Assembly (NCBI GenBank): GCA_965285935.1 | Contig: OZ260662.1 | Coordinates: 14,260,001-14,324,000 of the forward strand | DNA: 64,000 nucleotides | Reading direction: 5' to 3' | Source: Ophelia neglecta | Taxonomy: Eukaryota | Made by a program: the position numbers and the translations under genes | Shown: in pieces, positions 27,101-38,882 of the stretch | How the letters are laid out: every line of letters begins with the position of its first letter | How positions within the stretch are numbered: the first letter of the stretch is position 1 | Notes under the pieces: model-generated | Told to the model about the DNA's origin: nothing | Seen by the model: the letters and a program-made list of their open reading frames with translations, nothing else | Database searches by the model: none

Positions 27101-30100
27101 CGCCTCAACCTCCCATATAATCACAACATAACAACCTGCCCTAGTTACCTAATAATCTCAGCTACAGCCTCTGTGGTTGCCATGGTAACATCAGTGTTGT
27201 TAATGTAAAGGATCAAATCTCCATTCCGTAGATCTGCGTCTTCAGCAGCGCCCCCTTCCTTAACACGACCAACTCGGACTGGCCGCTCACCCTTTACGGT
27301 AAACCCGTATCCTAGGTAACCTCGCTGTATCACTATCTGTAATAAAATACATCACCAAGGTTACCAGACCTGAACTACCAATAACAACCATGTCAAGATA
27401 GTAACTTATCTGTTATTATAACATAACAGTGTCTTGTAATAAAATTAAAATTGATTTATCTATTTGCCCCCTGACTTACGGTGTATTCTGTCCATCCATT
27501 CAGTCGCTCTTCCACCCCTGTGGTTGTCTGAGCACATTGTGTGTTTTTCTGGGTGTCTGTTTGTGCCTCTAGGTGTTTACGATGGCCGATGTTCTCAGAC
27601 AGTAAGTAGTACCAGCCTTCTTTCTTGGCAGAAGACTTTTTCTTTGACATCATGTGCTTGATCCCAAAAGACATGCAGCCAAGAAACTCTCCACAACTGA
27701 AGACAATAAAAGACACACAATGTTAAATAGTGTCAAGTTGTTTGCTGCTAAAAATAAAATTGATGAATTTATTGTTTCAGTGTTTTATCATCTTTAAATT
27801 CAGTTTTAATGTCCGAGTTACAAATAAAATTGTTTACTTTGAGAATAGAAACATGTGAACAGCAGCATAATATGACAATAAGATCAAATGACAGAGTTTA
27901 AAACTTACTTTTTAGTTTCACTCTTGCTCCAGCAAGACACCATCACTCTTTTCTTCTCATCCTCTGGCTTCAAGTCACTGGAAGACAAACAGATCTTTAG
28001 ACAAACTTGTAAACGAGACATACATTAATTTACAGAACTGTTTACTAATAAATACAGGATTATAGCTGTCTTAGACAGTTCAATCTGTCAGTCCTGATAA
28101 GTTTTAGAACTCCACCCCTACAGATGAATTGTCAACTTACTATGTGAGTTTCTGGTTGAAATGAGGACGATTTGTGTCTTTGACCACTGAGGTTGTCTTC
28201 TGGGTAGACTGGCTCTCATCAGGAACCAAACTGGTCTGAAAACAGAGAGAATAAAGTTCATCAACACTGATAATCAACTAGAGGTGAACAGAATAACAAT
28301 TAAATGGCATATTGCATATTGACTATTCGTACTACTTATGAACCACACATACTACTTTGGACCAGACAGACTATTTGGCTGTGGGACTACACAGGAATGA
28401 GTATGACAGATACCAGACAGAAATAATTATATGGAAATGATATCCAAAATTAGTTTAAACTCCACTTAGAGCCGTTTAGCAGTCAGACTGACTTGTTACT
28501 ATTGTGTTACAATATGTCACAATATAACACTGTGTATTATAGTCAGTGACTAGGAATTGTCATCTACGATTGTCTATTGTCTAATAGTCCTGCTGACATC
28601 TCCCAGACATACATATTGTTATTTTAATTTGAAGTAATCAGAATGATATCAGACCAATATTTTTGTCTGGGTCGGACAGTTTATTGACGGGACAAGGCTA
28701 ACAGCAATCTAGAGGCCTCCTAAACAATTAAATAAACCATCTCACGGGATAATACACAATGAAATAAATAATTTACCAGGTAATGAACACTATAATAATG
28801 ATGTGCTATATGTCTACAGTGTGATGATGATCAGATGTATTGTTGTAGCTGAGATATTATTGTAATTAGACAGTCTTATAGCTGGGGGTTGAGATATCTT
28901 ATAACATATAATAATGATAGCTTGACCTGCTGAGTTAACTATACAGTAATATGTACAATATCAGGTGTGTTAATTAACTAATTAACTTGTCTTGACCAGG
29001 TAAGTTCCCTGTACAGATGTATTATTGTGTGATGTGATGACACCTGATAGGGAAAAATATACCCCACCTGCCTCTCTATATAGATATAAATATCACCCAT
29101 TTTATACCAAGTCCCAAAGATTGACATATATATTAGTCAGATAATGTACACACCTGTATGTAGGCTGAGCACTGGTCAGACCACTTAGACTGTAGATTCT
29201 TGGCCTCCATCACTGTAAAATAGTAAAATAATCACCATATAATAACACTGAGAGTCAAGTTCTCCTGGCGAGGTTGGTCACTGACTGGGGATCTGTGAAA
29301 GTCTGTGTCTGTTTTAAACCAAATCATGATGAGACTCTGAGCATTAAAAACCTGACACTGATCTCAGAATAAAAGTTAGCAGTGTTGATTATGTATAATA
29401 TTCAGTTAATTAATGAGAATATCACTTTACATGGACAAGTGACCAGTAGTTAGGGCTGGCTTGGAGGAGAGGAGAGATGTTAGTCACAGCTTTCAGGGTG
29501 AGTTAGCAGGTCAGGGGGTAGGGCCCCTATACTGGGGATAATACTCACCCCAGTGACAGTGATCTGAGAGTCACATGACTGGGGAGGACTAATTAGTGAT
29601 ACTCTGTGTTGTTAACATATCAAGTAGGGGTATAACTCATGTCACCATGTACAGAGTCTTACATGTACATTAATTAAGACACAACTGACTAAACTGAATT
29701 AAATGAGATTTAATTTAACATCAGCTTACCTTGAACAGTCAGAGAGCCTTGAGATACACTGACAGACAAACGTACCAGACCTAAAAACAGAGAATACATA
29801 CATCAATATTGACATAAAAATAATTAAATATACTGAAAACAAAGCATAGATATATAACCCCTAACACATATATACAATGCAGAAGACATATCCCCCCCCC
29901 CCCACAAGTCAACTGAGTAGCAGATCCCCCTCCCCCTAACATGTAAACAGGGCAGCAGACATCACCCACTTCCCACCTGGGATAATGACTTCTCACCTAA
30001 GTATGAGGACTTCAGGACTCGAGACATGACAGACGTAATAATCTTAGCTATCTGGTTTAATAGGTGTCTTAATATAAAGTTATCTGTCTGTAAGGTATTG

Positions 30101-33100
30101 TATGGCACTAATGTAGGGACCAGGTGTCACATGATACCTAGACAAGGGTTTTAAAGGAGTTTTAGTGCCCGGTGGTCATGGCCTAATCACTTATATAATA
30201 AGCGTGTACAAGTTGAAGTGTACTGACAGTTCTTCAGGACATCTTAATTATTACACATCTATATGACAACAGATGAAGCTACAGACAGGCAAAGGTATAG
30301 CTGAGGGACTAGAATAGCTAAATGTGTTATTATCAATAGCTACATGCCAGGTAGATGTATGACTATAACAAGCTAATATTTTACCTTTGTATATGTGTTT
30401 TCTGTAAGAGTATCCTTTCTCCAGGGCATGTCTTGTGTCTGACACAATCATAGCACTGTCCAGACCCATGGTCAGTATTCCTATTCCTGATATATATATG
30501 TATAGCTCACCAGGTGTCACTGTGAGTCTTTAAGCCCTGTAAAGCTCACCAGGGGCCACTGTGATTCTATAAGTCCTGTAATAACTCAGTGTGAGAGGGT
30601 TATGAGGTATTAATGTCATAAACCCGGGTACACAACTGAAGTCCTGGAGAGATCTGAGGATACTATAAGACTGGTACATCATAATCCCCAGTCACCTACA
30701 TATATGTTCCCAGGGGGTAGCCAATCAGAGAGGGGGCACTACAAGTATCCTGGCCAATCACAGAGGAGGTATTAGAGGTATCCTAGCCTTTTGTCTCCCC
30801 CCTGGACAATGTACCTGACCAGATATTGTTTAATTATAGCTTAACAAGTCCTATATGGTCACAAGACCATCGAGGGTGGTGAAAATACTGCTCCCTGATT
30901 GGCCAGTTGGGCCACACTCCCTGAACCATTGTACTTCCCCTAGATATTATCACTCTCCTAGATATTATCACTAAGTAGCTGGGGAAGTGCTGTTGGCCAG
31001 TTAATATTGGATGTATGTATTGAGTTAGCTCTGATTGCAATCCCATCTCAATATTATTCCTTCCTACACCTGTTCTCCCCTCTAAGACCTCCTAGCTGGA
31101 TGGTTGCAATCCCCCCAAACCCTAATCACACTAAATCCACCACAACTCCTTAACACCTCACCTCAATTACACTATTTATCATGTGTGTAATATATGTTTA
31201 TAAATACATGATTAACCCAATGTAAGTGGATTGGTACTTGAGCTGATACCTGGCAAATCTGAATCAGGTTAAAACAGAAATTAGTTATTAGTATAGAAAC
31301 TGGTGACACAGGAGTGTGTATTAAAATGTGATAACTACACACACCTGTTAGGACTTAATACTACAAATGTAAACTCTTAAACTGTCAGAAAACTAAACCT
31401 GTGATATCTGCCCAGACTGGGATACGATCCCCAGGAAATCATGCTTGGAAGGCTGGATTATTAATTATGATAAAGGTTTAGTGGTCATATTTGGATAACA
31501 ATTTGGTCTGGGTTTAGGCAATCTACTATCTAATGTATTTTGTATATACAGTACATGTATAGTGGCAAGTCCCATCTGAGTTAACAAAATGCAGCTTGCT
31601 GTAATTAGAAATTACCGGTAAGCCCATCAAGTATGACTATTAAAAACATCTATCAAAAGGTGTATACCACTTATTTCCTTGTGATGTTTTTCCATAACAG
31701 GAAAAATGTCTACATAATGGTTCAATTAAATAAAAATTGTGCTTCTGCCTTTTAGTAAATTCCAGCAGGTTTACCTCTTCTTATAGACAGAGGTCAACTG
31801 CGGTGGGCCTGGGGTCAAATCCAGATGTTATAATGTCCATTTGACTGGTAATGTCCCCATAAAGACCCCGGCCTGCAATATGGCAGAGGATACCCCAGGA
31901 GGACACATTTGGTAAATGGCTTCAGAGGCTTTCAATGTGAAAACATCACATAGCTAAAATGATCATGACTTAAAACATCAAAGTCCAATATGCCAAACAA
32001 GATAGGCCTCCCACACTCAGGAATCCTAGTGACTTGGGTGATTTATGTCTATAGTAATTATCAGCTGATCCATTGAGTGGCTCAGGTGATATATGTGTGT
32101 ATTAATTATCAGCTCACCCCTTGAAGCTCTGTTTTATGGGAATCTCAAATAAAATAGGATGTTACACGTCCCATCATATTGTGGGAATCAAGGTAGATTG
32201 TGGGTAAAACAGTAAAATAGTGGGTGCCAAACAGTTCATTACTTTTACTAGCAGTGAGAACTGTATGGACATATAAATGTCCAAAAAACTATATTTTATC
32301 TAAAAGGGCAGAATCCCAGTAATAAAATAAATGAAAGTCCAGTGAAATAGGAGCTGTTATGGTTTGAGGGTGTTCTTTTTAAATATAGAATACTAGGTAA
32401 CATATGGAGTCATTTTAAAGGGCCCTTGGTATTTTACCCACATTCTACAGCCCTTGGCTCTCAAATCTACCTACAAAGAGATATCACCCTCCTTCAAAGT
32501 TCTTACAGGAAAAATAAATTAAAATGTCTTGTGCCTGCACACTTAATTCAATCATCAATGTTACTATCATGACTTAAAGTAGGTTTAACTGATACACTTA
32601 CAGAAGTCACCATCACCAGTGAGCTAATTTATCACCAAAACTCAATAGAACCAGCACATTGTTTCTCTCTACTTGGTACAAATAAAAATAAGATAAACAA
32701 ATATAATTTGCCTCAAAATGTCACTGTCCTCCACCCACAGAGTCAACAACAGCCCATAATGTGATAAAATGTGAAACTTGACATTGTACTATTGGTTATT
32801 TGATACAATTATTTCAGAGTGACCATCAGCCCTCCTGACTGGCAAATGTCACCATTCATGAGACAGGATAAGACCCTTGGAATAAGTGTCAAAACACAAC
32901 AATTCCCTGTCACAGCAGTTAATAAGAACTTCATGTTAATATCTCACATAAAAGTGTTTTAGAGTAATAAGGCTTTGGGGTGGGGGGGGGGGCAATAGAC
33001 TGGGGTGGGGCCCAGGGGTTATGGGGTCAAGTGGGATGGGTGGGGCCAATAGACTAGGGTGTTACCCTGGGTTTATGGGTCAAGTGTTCCACCTCTGGGT

Positions 33101-36100
33101 AGCCAGTCCACCACATAAGGTTAGGGGTCACACCCCGTTATAGTTGCTAAGCCCCACTATCAGGGTTACAAGTCACAACCCTGGGAAGGGCTTAGCCCCA
33201 GAGCCAGTGTCAGAGGTCACACTACAGGGTCCTGCACATGTCCGTCCTACAGATGGACATCTGCTCTCTCTTGGTATTGTGTTTTTCCATATTTAGAGTT
33301 TCTTGCATACAACAGATTGTTCTGGTTTTCCACACGCTTGTCAGACAATCTGGAGGCGTCCACAGGTATGGAGCCGGGCAGCAGACCTAGTCTGGGGCGC
33401 TGGCCAATCAGAGAGCATTAAGGGTGACAGGATTCTGTCTAACAATAATATTCAAGTGTCACTGCCACCACAACAACAAGTCTAACTGTAACCCACTGTA
33501 ATACATATCACAACTGGACATATCCTCCACCTGGAACATCAAAGGCCACTACATCTTACCCCCTAGTGGGCTGTAAGAGAACTAGAGTCCTCACCCCGCG
33601 GGTGTCCACAATGTAACTTAGCCTCACTTAAGTTTACTCTACAAACCCTAAGGTTTAATTTCTAAGATTTTACATAACTCTACACAAACTGATTACTAGA
33701 TTATTGTAAATTGTTAGAGAATTATCTAAAACTGTGAAACTGTTTTAGATATAATCTTTCCTCACCACTAGAGATTGGGACTGAATCTCAATTGACATTG
33801 TATACCTCAGATAAGAGTGTGTAAGGGGTTGTGGTACCTAGTTATACCTAATAATTCACTGAGGGGTGATTCTAACTACCCAAATCCCTGTTTGAAGCCT
33901 GAAGCTACAATGTACCTGTATTTATATTAAATATATTACATCTTGAGGTCTTCACTACAATGCAATCAGTATAGGGGTGATTAAATCTTCCCAGGTCCAC
34001 GTGCTCAACACTGGAGCGACCTGTATTTATATTATTGCTTGATTACCTAAGGTATCTCTTGAGGCCTACACACCAATACAATCAGTATAGGGGTTATTAA
34101 GACTACCCAAGTCCACGTGCCAAACCCTGGAGCTACCTGTACCGCTATTTATATTGAATTTATTCCCTGAGGTATCTCTTGAAGTGTTATACCAATACAA
34201 TCAGTATAGGGGTTATTAAGACTACCCAAGTCCCTGTGCCAAACCCTGGAGCTACCTGTATTTATATTGAATTTATTCCCTGAGGTATCACTTGAAGTGT
34301 TATACCAATACAATCAGTATAGGGGGTGATTTAAACTACCTGGGCGTCTGTGTTTATGTTCATGTAATGTGAGTTGGGTATTACTTTGGACTAATAGCTC
34401 AATATATTTAGTTCTAAGGAGTCTGTAAGCTGCCTGTATCTTGAATGATGAAACTACCTGTATTTGTACAAACCCAGAAGCTTTGTGACCCAGTGAGACC
34501 TAATGTAATGTAGACAACTATACAAAGTATAGGGGCTGTGTTATCAAGGCCAGAATACCAGAACTTGGATAATTATGGTAAAATAATCTAAATACAATCT
34601 TACCTCAGAATTAACAAAATCCCTGTGTAAAGGACCTGTCTGCCTGGCAGTTTTAATACAAGATTTTAAATATCAGAGTCACAAGGAGGTAGTCAGACAG
34701 TCACACCTGGTATATAGATAAGATGACATTTAGCCAGATGTCCCTTGGATTATAAGTGTCATCATTGTCATCAGGGCAGGCAAAGTGCTCTGTTATTTAA
34801 TTCAATACATCACAACCATTACTGGTACATTGAATTTATTGAATGAACTCAAATGTAGATATAATCCTAGTGTAATACAGGACCTGCCTGTATGTCAAGA
34901 GGGGGAGTATATACTGTACAACCATTATATTTCATGGCCATTAATATTCACTGTTTTGACACACTAATTTTGCTGCTCTTTAGTTTTGGGTTTTAGAGCT
35001 TACACTGTCAGTTTCTCACCCTATATTTTAGGGATCCCCTCAATTTTGCAGTTTTTACCCTACTCGTGAAATTAGCCAAACAAAGAGTTCGCAAAAATTA
35101 AGGGTTTTGCAGTATGTCATTTTATTGTACAGGACCAGCTCTTATGTCAAGATGGGAGTATATAATAAACATACTTGTCTTAAGTATGACATATTGGCTG
35201 GAATAGGTTCTGAACACTTTCAAGTCCTGGCAGGTGTTCAGTGAAAGTGTCAGGCAAGTCATCTATGTAGATTAAAGCTCTTCTACAAACAGGGTCTTGT
35301 ACTCTTCAAAATATTATTTATATAATTTCAACATTACCTTATCAAACAAAACATAATATAATTCACATTGATATAAAGTCAATTCCCCGGCTTGCTTCAT
35401 TTGCCTGGGACTTGGATATTAAAGGGATGACTTGTCTACATACTCATACTGTCTGTCTAAGATCAAGTGTCACCATACCAGAGAACTCACTCTCAGGGTT
35501 TGGGACCGGTTTGGGGTTGGATATTCCCCAAGGTATTTAGCTACAACAGGTATATGTTGTCCATGACATCTACAGACAGCAGGCACATGATCTTCATGAT
35601 AACATCTTATTTCTCCACAGAAGCATGTTTCCTATCATCAGTCCATACTATAGCTGTAGCTGTTATATCAGAAAGGCACCTTTGATACCAGCAATCTCAT
35701 TGGATTTATAACCAACCAGTCTTCCTGGGATCAAAACACAAGGCATCTGGCTCTTTGTGATAACATCTTTTTAGATAATAGGAGGAGAGAAAGTAGGATT
35801 TTCCAAGATCTAACCAAAGATCTAAGGGTCAAGGTGTGGGTACCAGGGAAGGGATCAAAGAGGGCTGGCAGGTAAATCATCTGTCTTACCATGGAAAAAG
35901 GGTATAAAAGTAAAAGTATGGTCAGATGATTTGCATAACCCACCTCTGTCTGGGCAATAGGTGGCTACATGATGCTGTGTTATTTTTAAATTATTTAATT
36001 ATGCATGATGATCACTTCAAAGGTCATGTGTACAAAATAACATTTAAACATAACCAGTTTCAATTAGTCAATTCAAATTTAGAAAATGCCCCCCCCCCCC

Positions 36101-38882
36101 CCGACCCCGAGGGTCACATACCATGACCAGGAGTCATGTACCATGACCAGGGATGCTACTTGAAACAAAAGGTCATGATTTCATCATATTGAATATGGCA
36201 CCCTGTGTTAATAATTGCTAATTCTGACGGTACCATGTAGAGCAGTAATTATGTAGTGTGGAGCGGAGGGGAGGGGAGAGGCTTGACTCTGGGGGTGGGA
36301 GGCTTGACCCTGGGGGTGGGAGGCTTGACCCTGGGGATGGGAGGGTAGGGAGGGAGGATTTGATGTTTTGAAGTCCTGAAAGCTGTCAAAGCCCAGCAGT
36401 TCTCTGGCTATCAAGGGCTAATTGTGGCTGATCCCATTGCAAACTGTCAGAGAAGGATAAACTAGATTTACCAACATGTACAATATCCCATTTAAAAACA
36501 AAACACAGGTAAGTCAGAGGGTCAGTAGGAATGCCAGGAATGTCAAGTTAAACCTTGTCTCACTGTCAAACACATTGGACCCTAATGTGACTGAAAATCA
36601 ATTTAAATCCGGGGCTGAACGTCAAAACCATAATTTAAATTACTCATTACAAGAAAAGAAAACATTTTTTGACAATGTGAGATTTTTGATGAGGCAGTTG
36701 GTACTTCTATCAATGGTGCACTTTTGTGGCTTAATTCTTGACAACTGTCCATCACAACAGATAAAATGGGGGAGTTTGTCCTTTTTTCTTTCGCTCATCT
36801 TAGGAATTATCTTTCATCACTGCCACCCATTTTAACTGAAAAGGGCCAGTTACATTTACCATACACTTGGTAAATGCATACAATTATTTTGCTCTAATGC
36901 TAACAAATAACTAAATATAATCATGCAAGTAACCAACCATTGTATGCACCCACATAAAACTAGATTTAACCAAACCAATTAACCCTTTTAGCCACAAGCA
37001 ATGGACCAGCAGCCCAGATATAAGTTGTCCCCCTGTCAACACTTGGGCAGTCAAGGGTTAACACAATTCTGACAGATTGTACCACAATATTATCTTAACA
37101 TCTGGCTGTCAAATCCCAAGACTTCATGTCACAATCCTCTGGGTGAGAATTTTAACTGGAGATTCTCGTGGAAACCCTCAAGCCAATTAACAGTGATAAA
37201 CAGGTCACCTGGTGACCCCATTGATAATTAAATTAACACCTTTCTTTAAATAACAGCTCTTCAGATATAATACAATATATATTGTTTGGGGTATAAGGAT
37301 ATATAAATTATGAGGGCCGTCATTTTACAAACAAGAAGTGTTCCCGGGCCTGTTGTATTTGGTGAACCAGGTAACAATTGTCTATTGTACTACAATTAAC
37401 ATTCGACAAAGAGGTCAAACTACAAGTGGGGGGTCAGTTATTAACCTGAGGTAACCTGATGGGGGGAGGTAAGGAGAAGGGGGGTACCCAGGGGATGTAC
37501 CTCTCTTAGTCACCTGTCAACTCACCTCTGTGTTTGAGCTGCTCCGGCTGCTCCAGGTAACTGTCTTTGTCCATTTGACTGACGTCCTCCTGACTCTCTC
37601 CTTCTGGTTCCCTATTTCGTTGACTTTTGACCCCTGAGAAGGTCATGACCTCTACTGGGGGCAGGGCTCCTTTGACCAGGACAAGACTGGGGTGGTTCAC
37701 CCTCTGGGAGTCTCCCTCAGGGTTGACCCGTTTAGATTCCGACAGTGTTTTGAAAGCTTTCCGTCTTATTCTTGTTAATTGTGAGTCATTTAATGATTGA
37801 GTTAGTAGAGAATTCTGGCAGTCATCCTTCTCAATATCACATGACTGGACTCTTCTGATACCAAGGTCAAAGTCATTATTGTCCTGAAGGTCAAGGTCAT
37901 TGCGTCCTGACCTGACCTTTGAATCATTGATCCTCAGACTTGAGTCACTGAATGTGGAATCACTCGCACTGTGATCTGAGTGACTCTTATCACATCCTAG
38001 TGACTGGAGATTCTGCTGAGAGATATAATTGTCTGTGAAGTGTAGTATTTTCTGTTCTATGTTACTATGGCTTCCTGTCTTCCCAGTTTTAGGGCTGATT
38101 ACCTTGGGAGTGGAGGTTGTTAGGGACCTTGACCGTTTTCCTTCTCTCTGGCCCCTCCTGGCATGGTGAGGGAGGAGCGGCTGATGGGGTAAGGCCTGTG
38201 GCTGGGTCCAGTTAGTGAAGGTCTTGTCAGACAGGGGGCTCTGCTGTGGTGTCACATCCCCTAACCTGTCTCTGCTTACACTACTCACATCAGACACAAT
38301 ACCAGTAGTACAGTCTGTACTACTCACAGAACACTTGTCATCAGATACCAGGGAGCTGTCACTGGTTATACATTTGTTTTCCCTGGGTATCAAATGGTTG
38401 GTATGGGTGATTTGTTGGGTGCTATGGGTTACCAGTCTATTGCCAGGGGTGAGGGTGATATTACTAGTGTCATCCAATGTTAATTGTGATGTGTTTAGCG
38501 ATGCCCTTGTACTTATGCTATAAAACTGCAGTTCATTGTAAATGTTAGATGATTCGTTCAACGAAAAGTTACGATATGTGTTACTGGCCAATCCTGAGCT
38601 GCACAAGTGGGTCAGGTCAGGGCTGTGTATCTGGGTCAGGTTTCCCTGTAACTGGGTCAGGTCGGTGTTGGCACAGAGGTCCTTGACAAGGGTGTCAGAC
38701 AGTTTATCATCACTGAGAGTCAGACCCAGGACCTTTCTGCCTGATCTCAGCAGGTGGGTGGCCCTGTCACTGTGTAGTTTACGTTGTTTACACGGGGTGG
38801 CGCTGTCAATGTTCTCCTTGGTCTCGTCCAGGGACTCGTGGTGTTGACGGCGCAATCGCCGCAGCTTCATTCCACAAATCAT
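23976..38882 (-). CDS. PsGEF: C2-PDZ-RhoGEF(DH)-PH protein, PsGEF-like (RGS3-type C2/PDZ N-terminus); complete 14-exon model, ~1281 aa; join(38882-37526,29780-29730,29212-29154,28235-28141,27977-27909,27696-27480,27336-27149,27025-26407,26165-25995,25838-25633,25368-25190,25075-24828,24580-24370,24151-23976)
   Basis: All introns are GT..AG with polypyrimidine tracts, and the phases chain without a frameshift (total 3846 nt = 1282 codons including TGA). Domain motifs: C2 GCMSFGI..GWYYLL..G..KHL (RGS3-like); PDZ GYGFTV..GGAAE..LRNGDLIL; DH KLLSCEESF..LFQNIEKLV..FLERPIKHL; PH SGEL..WVVLCSDLILL..KWAWKNIL. The C2+PDZ+DH architecture is that described for Drosophila PsGEF; the symbol is assigned from architecture, not from a search. 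Confidence 0.85.
24370..24580 (-). CDS. Exon 13, PH domain
   Basis: ttctag|CCA...G|gtagga; RHVIYSGEL..WVVLCSDLILLT..DDPLYL. Confidence 0.92.
24828..25075 (-). CDS. Exon 12, end of DH and linker
   Basis: tttctag|CT...GAG|gtatgg; 248 nt. Confidence 0.9.
25190..25368 (-). CDS. Exon 11, DH domain (LADFLERPIKHL..FPDHQDHQDL)
   Basis: cattcag|G...G|gtaaga; 179 nt. Confidence 0.92.
25633..25838 (-). CDS. Exon 10, DH domain
   Basis: ttttccag|TTG...AG|gtaggt; IGVVY..CEAYESYQAG motif. Confidence 0.92.
25995..26165 (-). CDS. Exon 9, start of DH domain (RQSVIQKLLSCEESFARKM..LFQNIEK)
   Basis: ttttcctccag|GAC...AAG|gtaagg; 171 nt, phase 0/0. Confidence 0.92.
26407..27025 (-). CDS. Exon 8, end of PDZ plus Ser-rich linker
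   Basis: ccctgtag|A...AGT|gtaagt; 619 nt inside the 224-aa ORF 26377..27051. Confidence 0.9.
27149..27336 (-). CDS. Exon 7, PDZ domain
   Basis: ttacag|ATA...AG|gtaact; IVIQRGYLGYGFTVKGERPVRVGRVKEGGAAEDADLRNGDLILYINNTDV. Confidence 0.93.
27480..27696 (-). CDS. Exon 6, end of C2 (CGEFLGCMSFGIKH..EGWYYLLSENIGHRKHL..)
   Basis: ttcag|T...ACC|gtaagt; 217 nt; RGS3-type C2 signature. Confidence 0.92.
27909..27977 (-). CDS. Exon 5, C2 (DLKPEDEKKRVMVSCWSKSETK)
   Basis: cttccag|T...AA|gtaagt; 69 nt, phase 2/2. Confidence 0.9.
28141..28235 (-). CDS. Exon 4, C2 (TSLVPDESQSTQKTTSVVKDTNRPHFNQKLTY)
   Basis: tttcag|ACC...TA|gtaagt; 95 nt; T..V.DT..P.FN motif. Confidence 0.9.
29154..29212 (-). CDS. Exon 3, C2 (VMEAKNLQSKWSDQCSAYIQ)
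   Basis: ttttacag|TG...CAG|gtgtgt; 59 nt; EAKNL..Y motif of C2 domains. Confidence 0.85.
29730..29780 (-). CDS. Exon 2, start of C2 domain (GLVRLSVSVSQGSLTVQV)
   Basis: tttttag|GT...CAAG|gtaagc; 51 nt, phase 1/1; typical first C2 beta-strands. Confidence 0.85.
29997..30027 (-). CDS. Putative alternative first coding exon (MSRVLKSSYLG) of a short isoform
   Basis: gtcATG TCT CGA GTC CTG AAG TCC TCA TAC TTA G|gtgaga; phase-1 donor compatible with exon 29780-29730; TATATAAG about 165 nt upstream on the same strand. Confidence 0.55.
30190..30902 (-). promoter_or_regulatory. Candidate internal promoter for the short isoform
   Basis: TATATAAG on the minus strand (30197-30190); RGCCAATCA boxes at 30721 and 30754; CTGATTGGCC at 30895-30904. 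Confidence 0.4.
33862..34342 (+). repeat. ~113-119-bp tandem repeat, ~4 copies, intron 1
   Basis: CAATCAGTATAGGGG recurs at 33963, 34079, 34198 and 34311. Confidence 0.9.
34914..35112. mobile_element. Degenerate MITE (TA|CTGT...GCAG|TA family)
   Basis: Imperfect TIRs CTGTACAACCATTATATTT / AAAATTAAGGGTTTTGCAG, each flanked by TA; related left ends at ~6118, ~6223 and ~44331. Confidence 0.5.
37526..38882 (-). CDS. Large first coding exon of the long isoform (452 codons + 1 nt; Ser/Thr-rich, probably disordered)
   Basis: Lies in the 481-aa ORF 37506..38951. Acceptor ttttatag|ATTGAAG-ATG at 38889, ATG at 38882 (MICGMKLRRLRR..), donor CAGAG|gtgagt at 37526, phase 1, matching the next exon (KHRG|LVRLSV). 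Confidence 0.8.
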
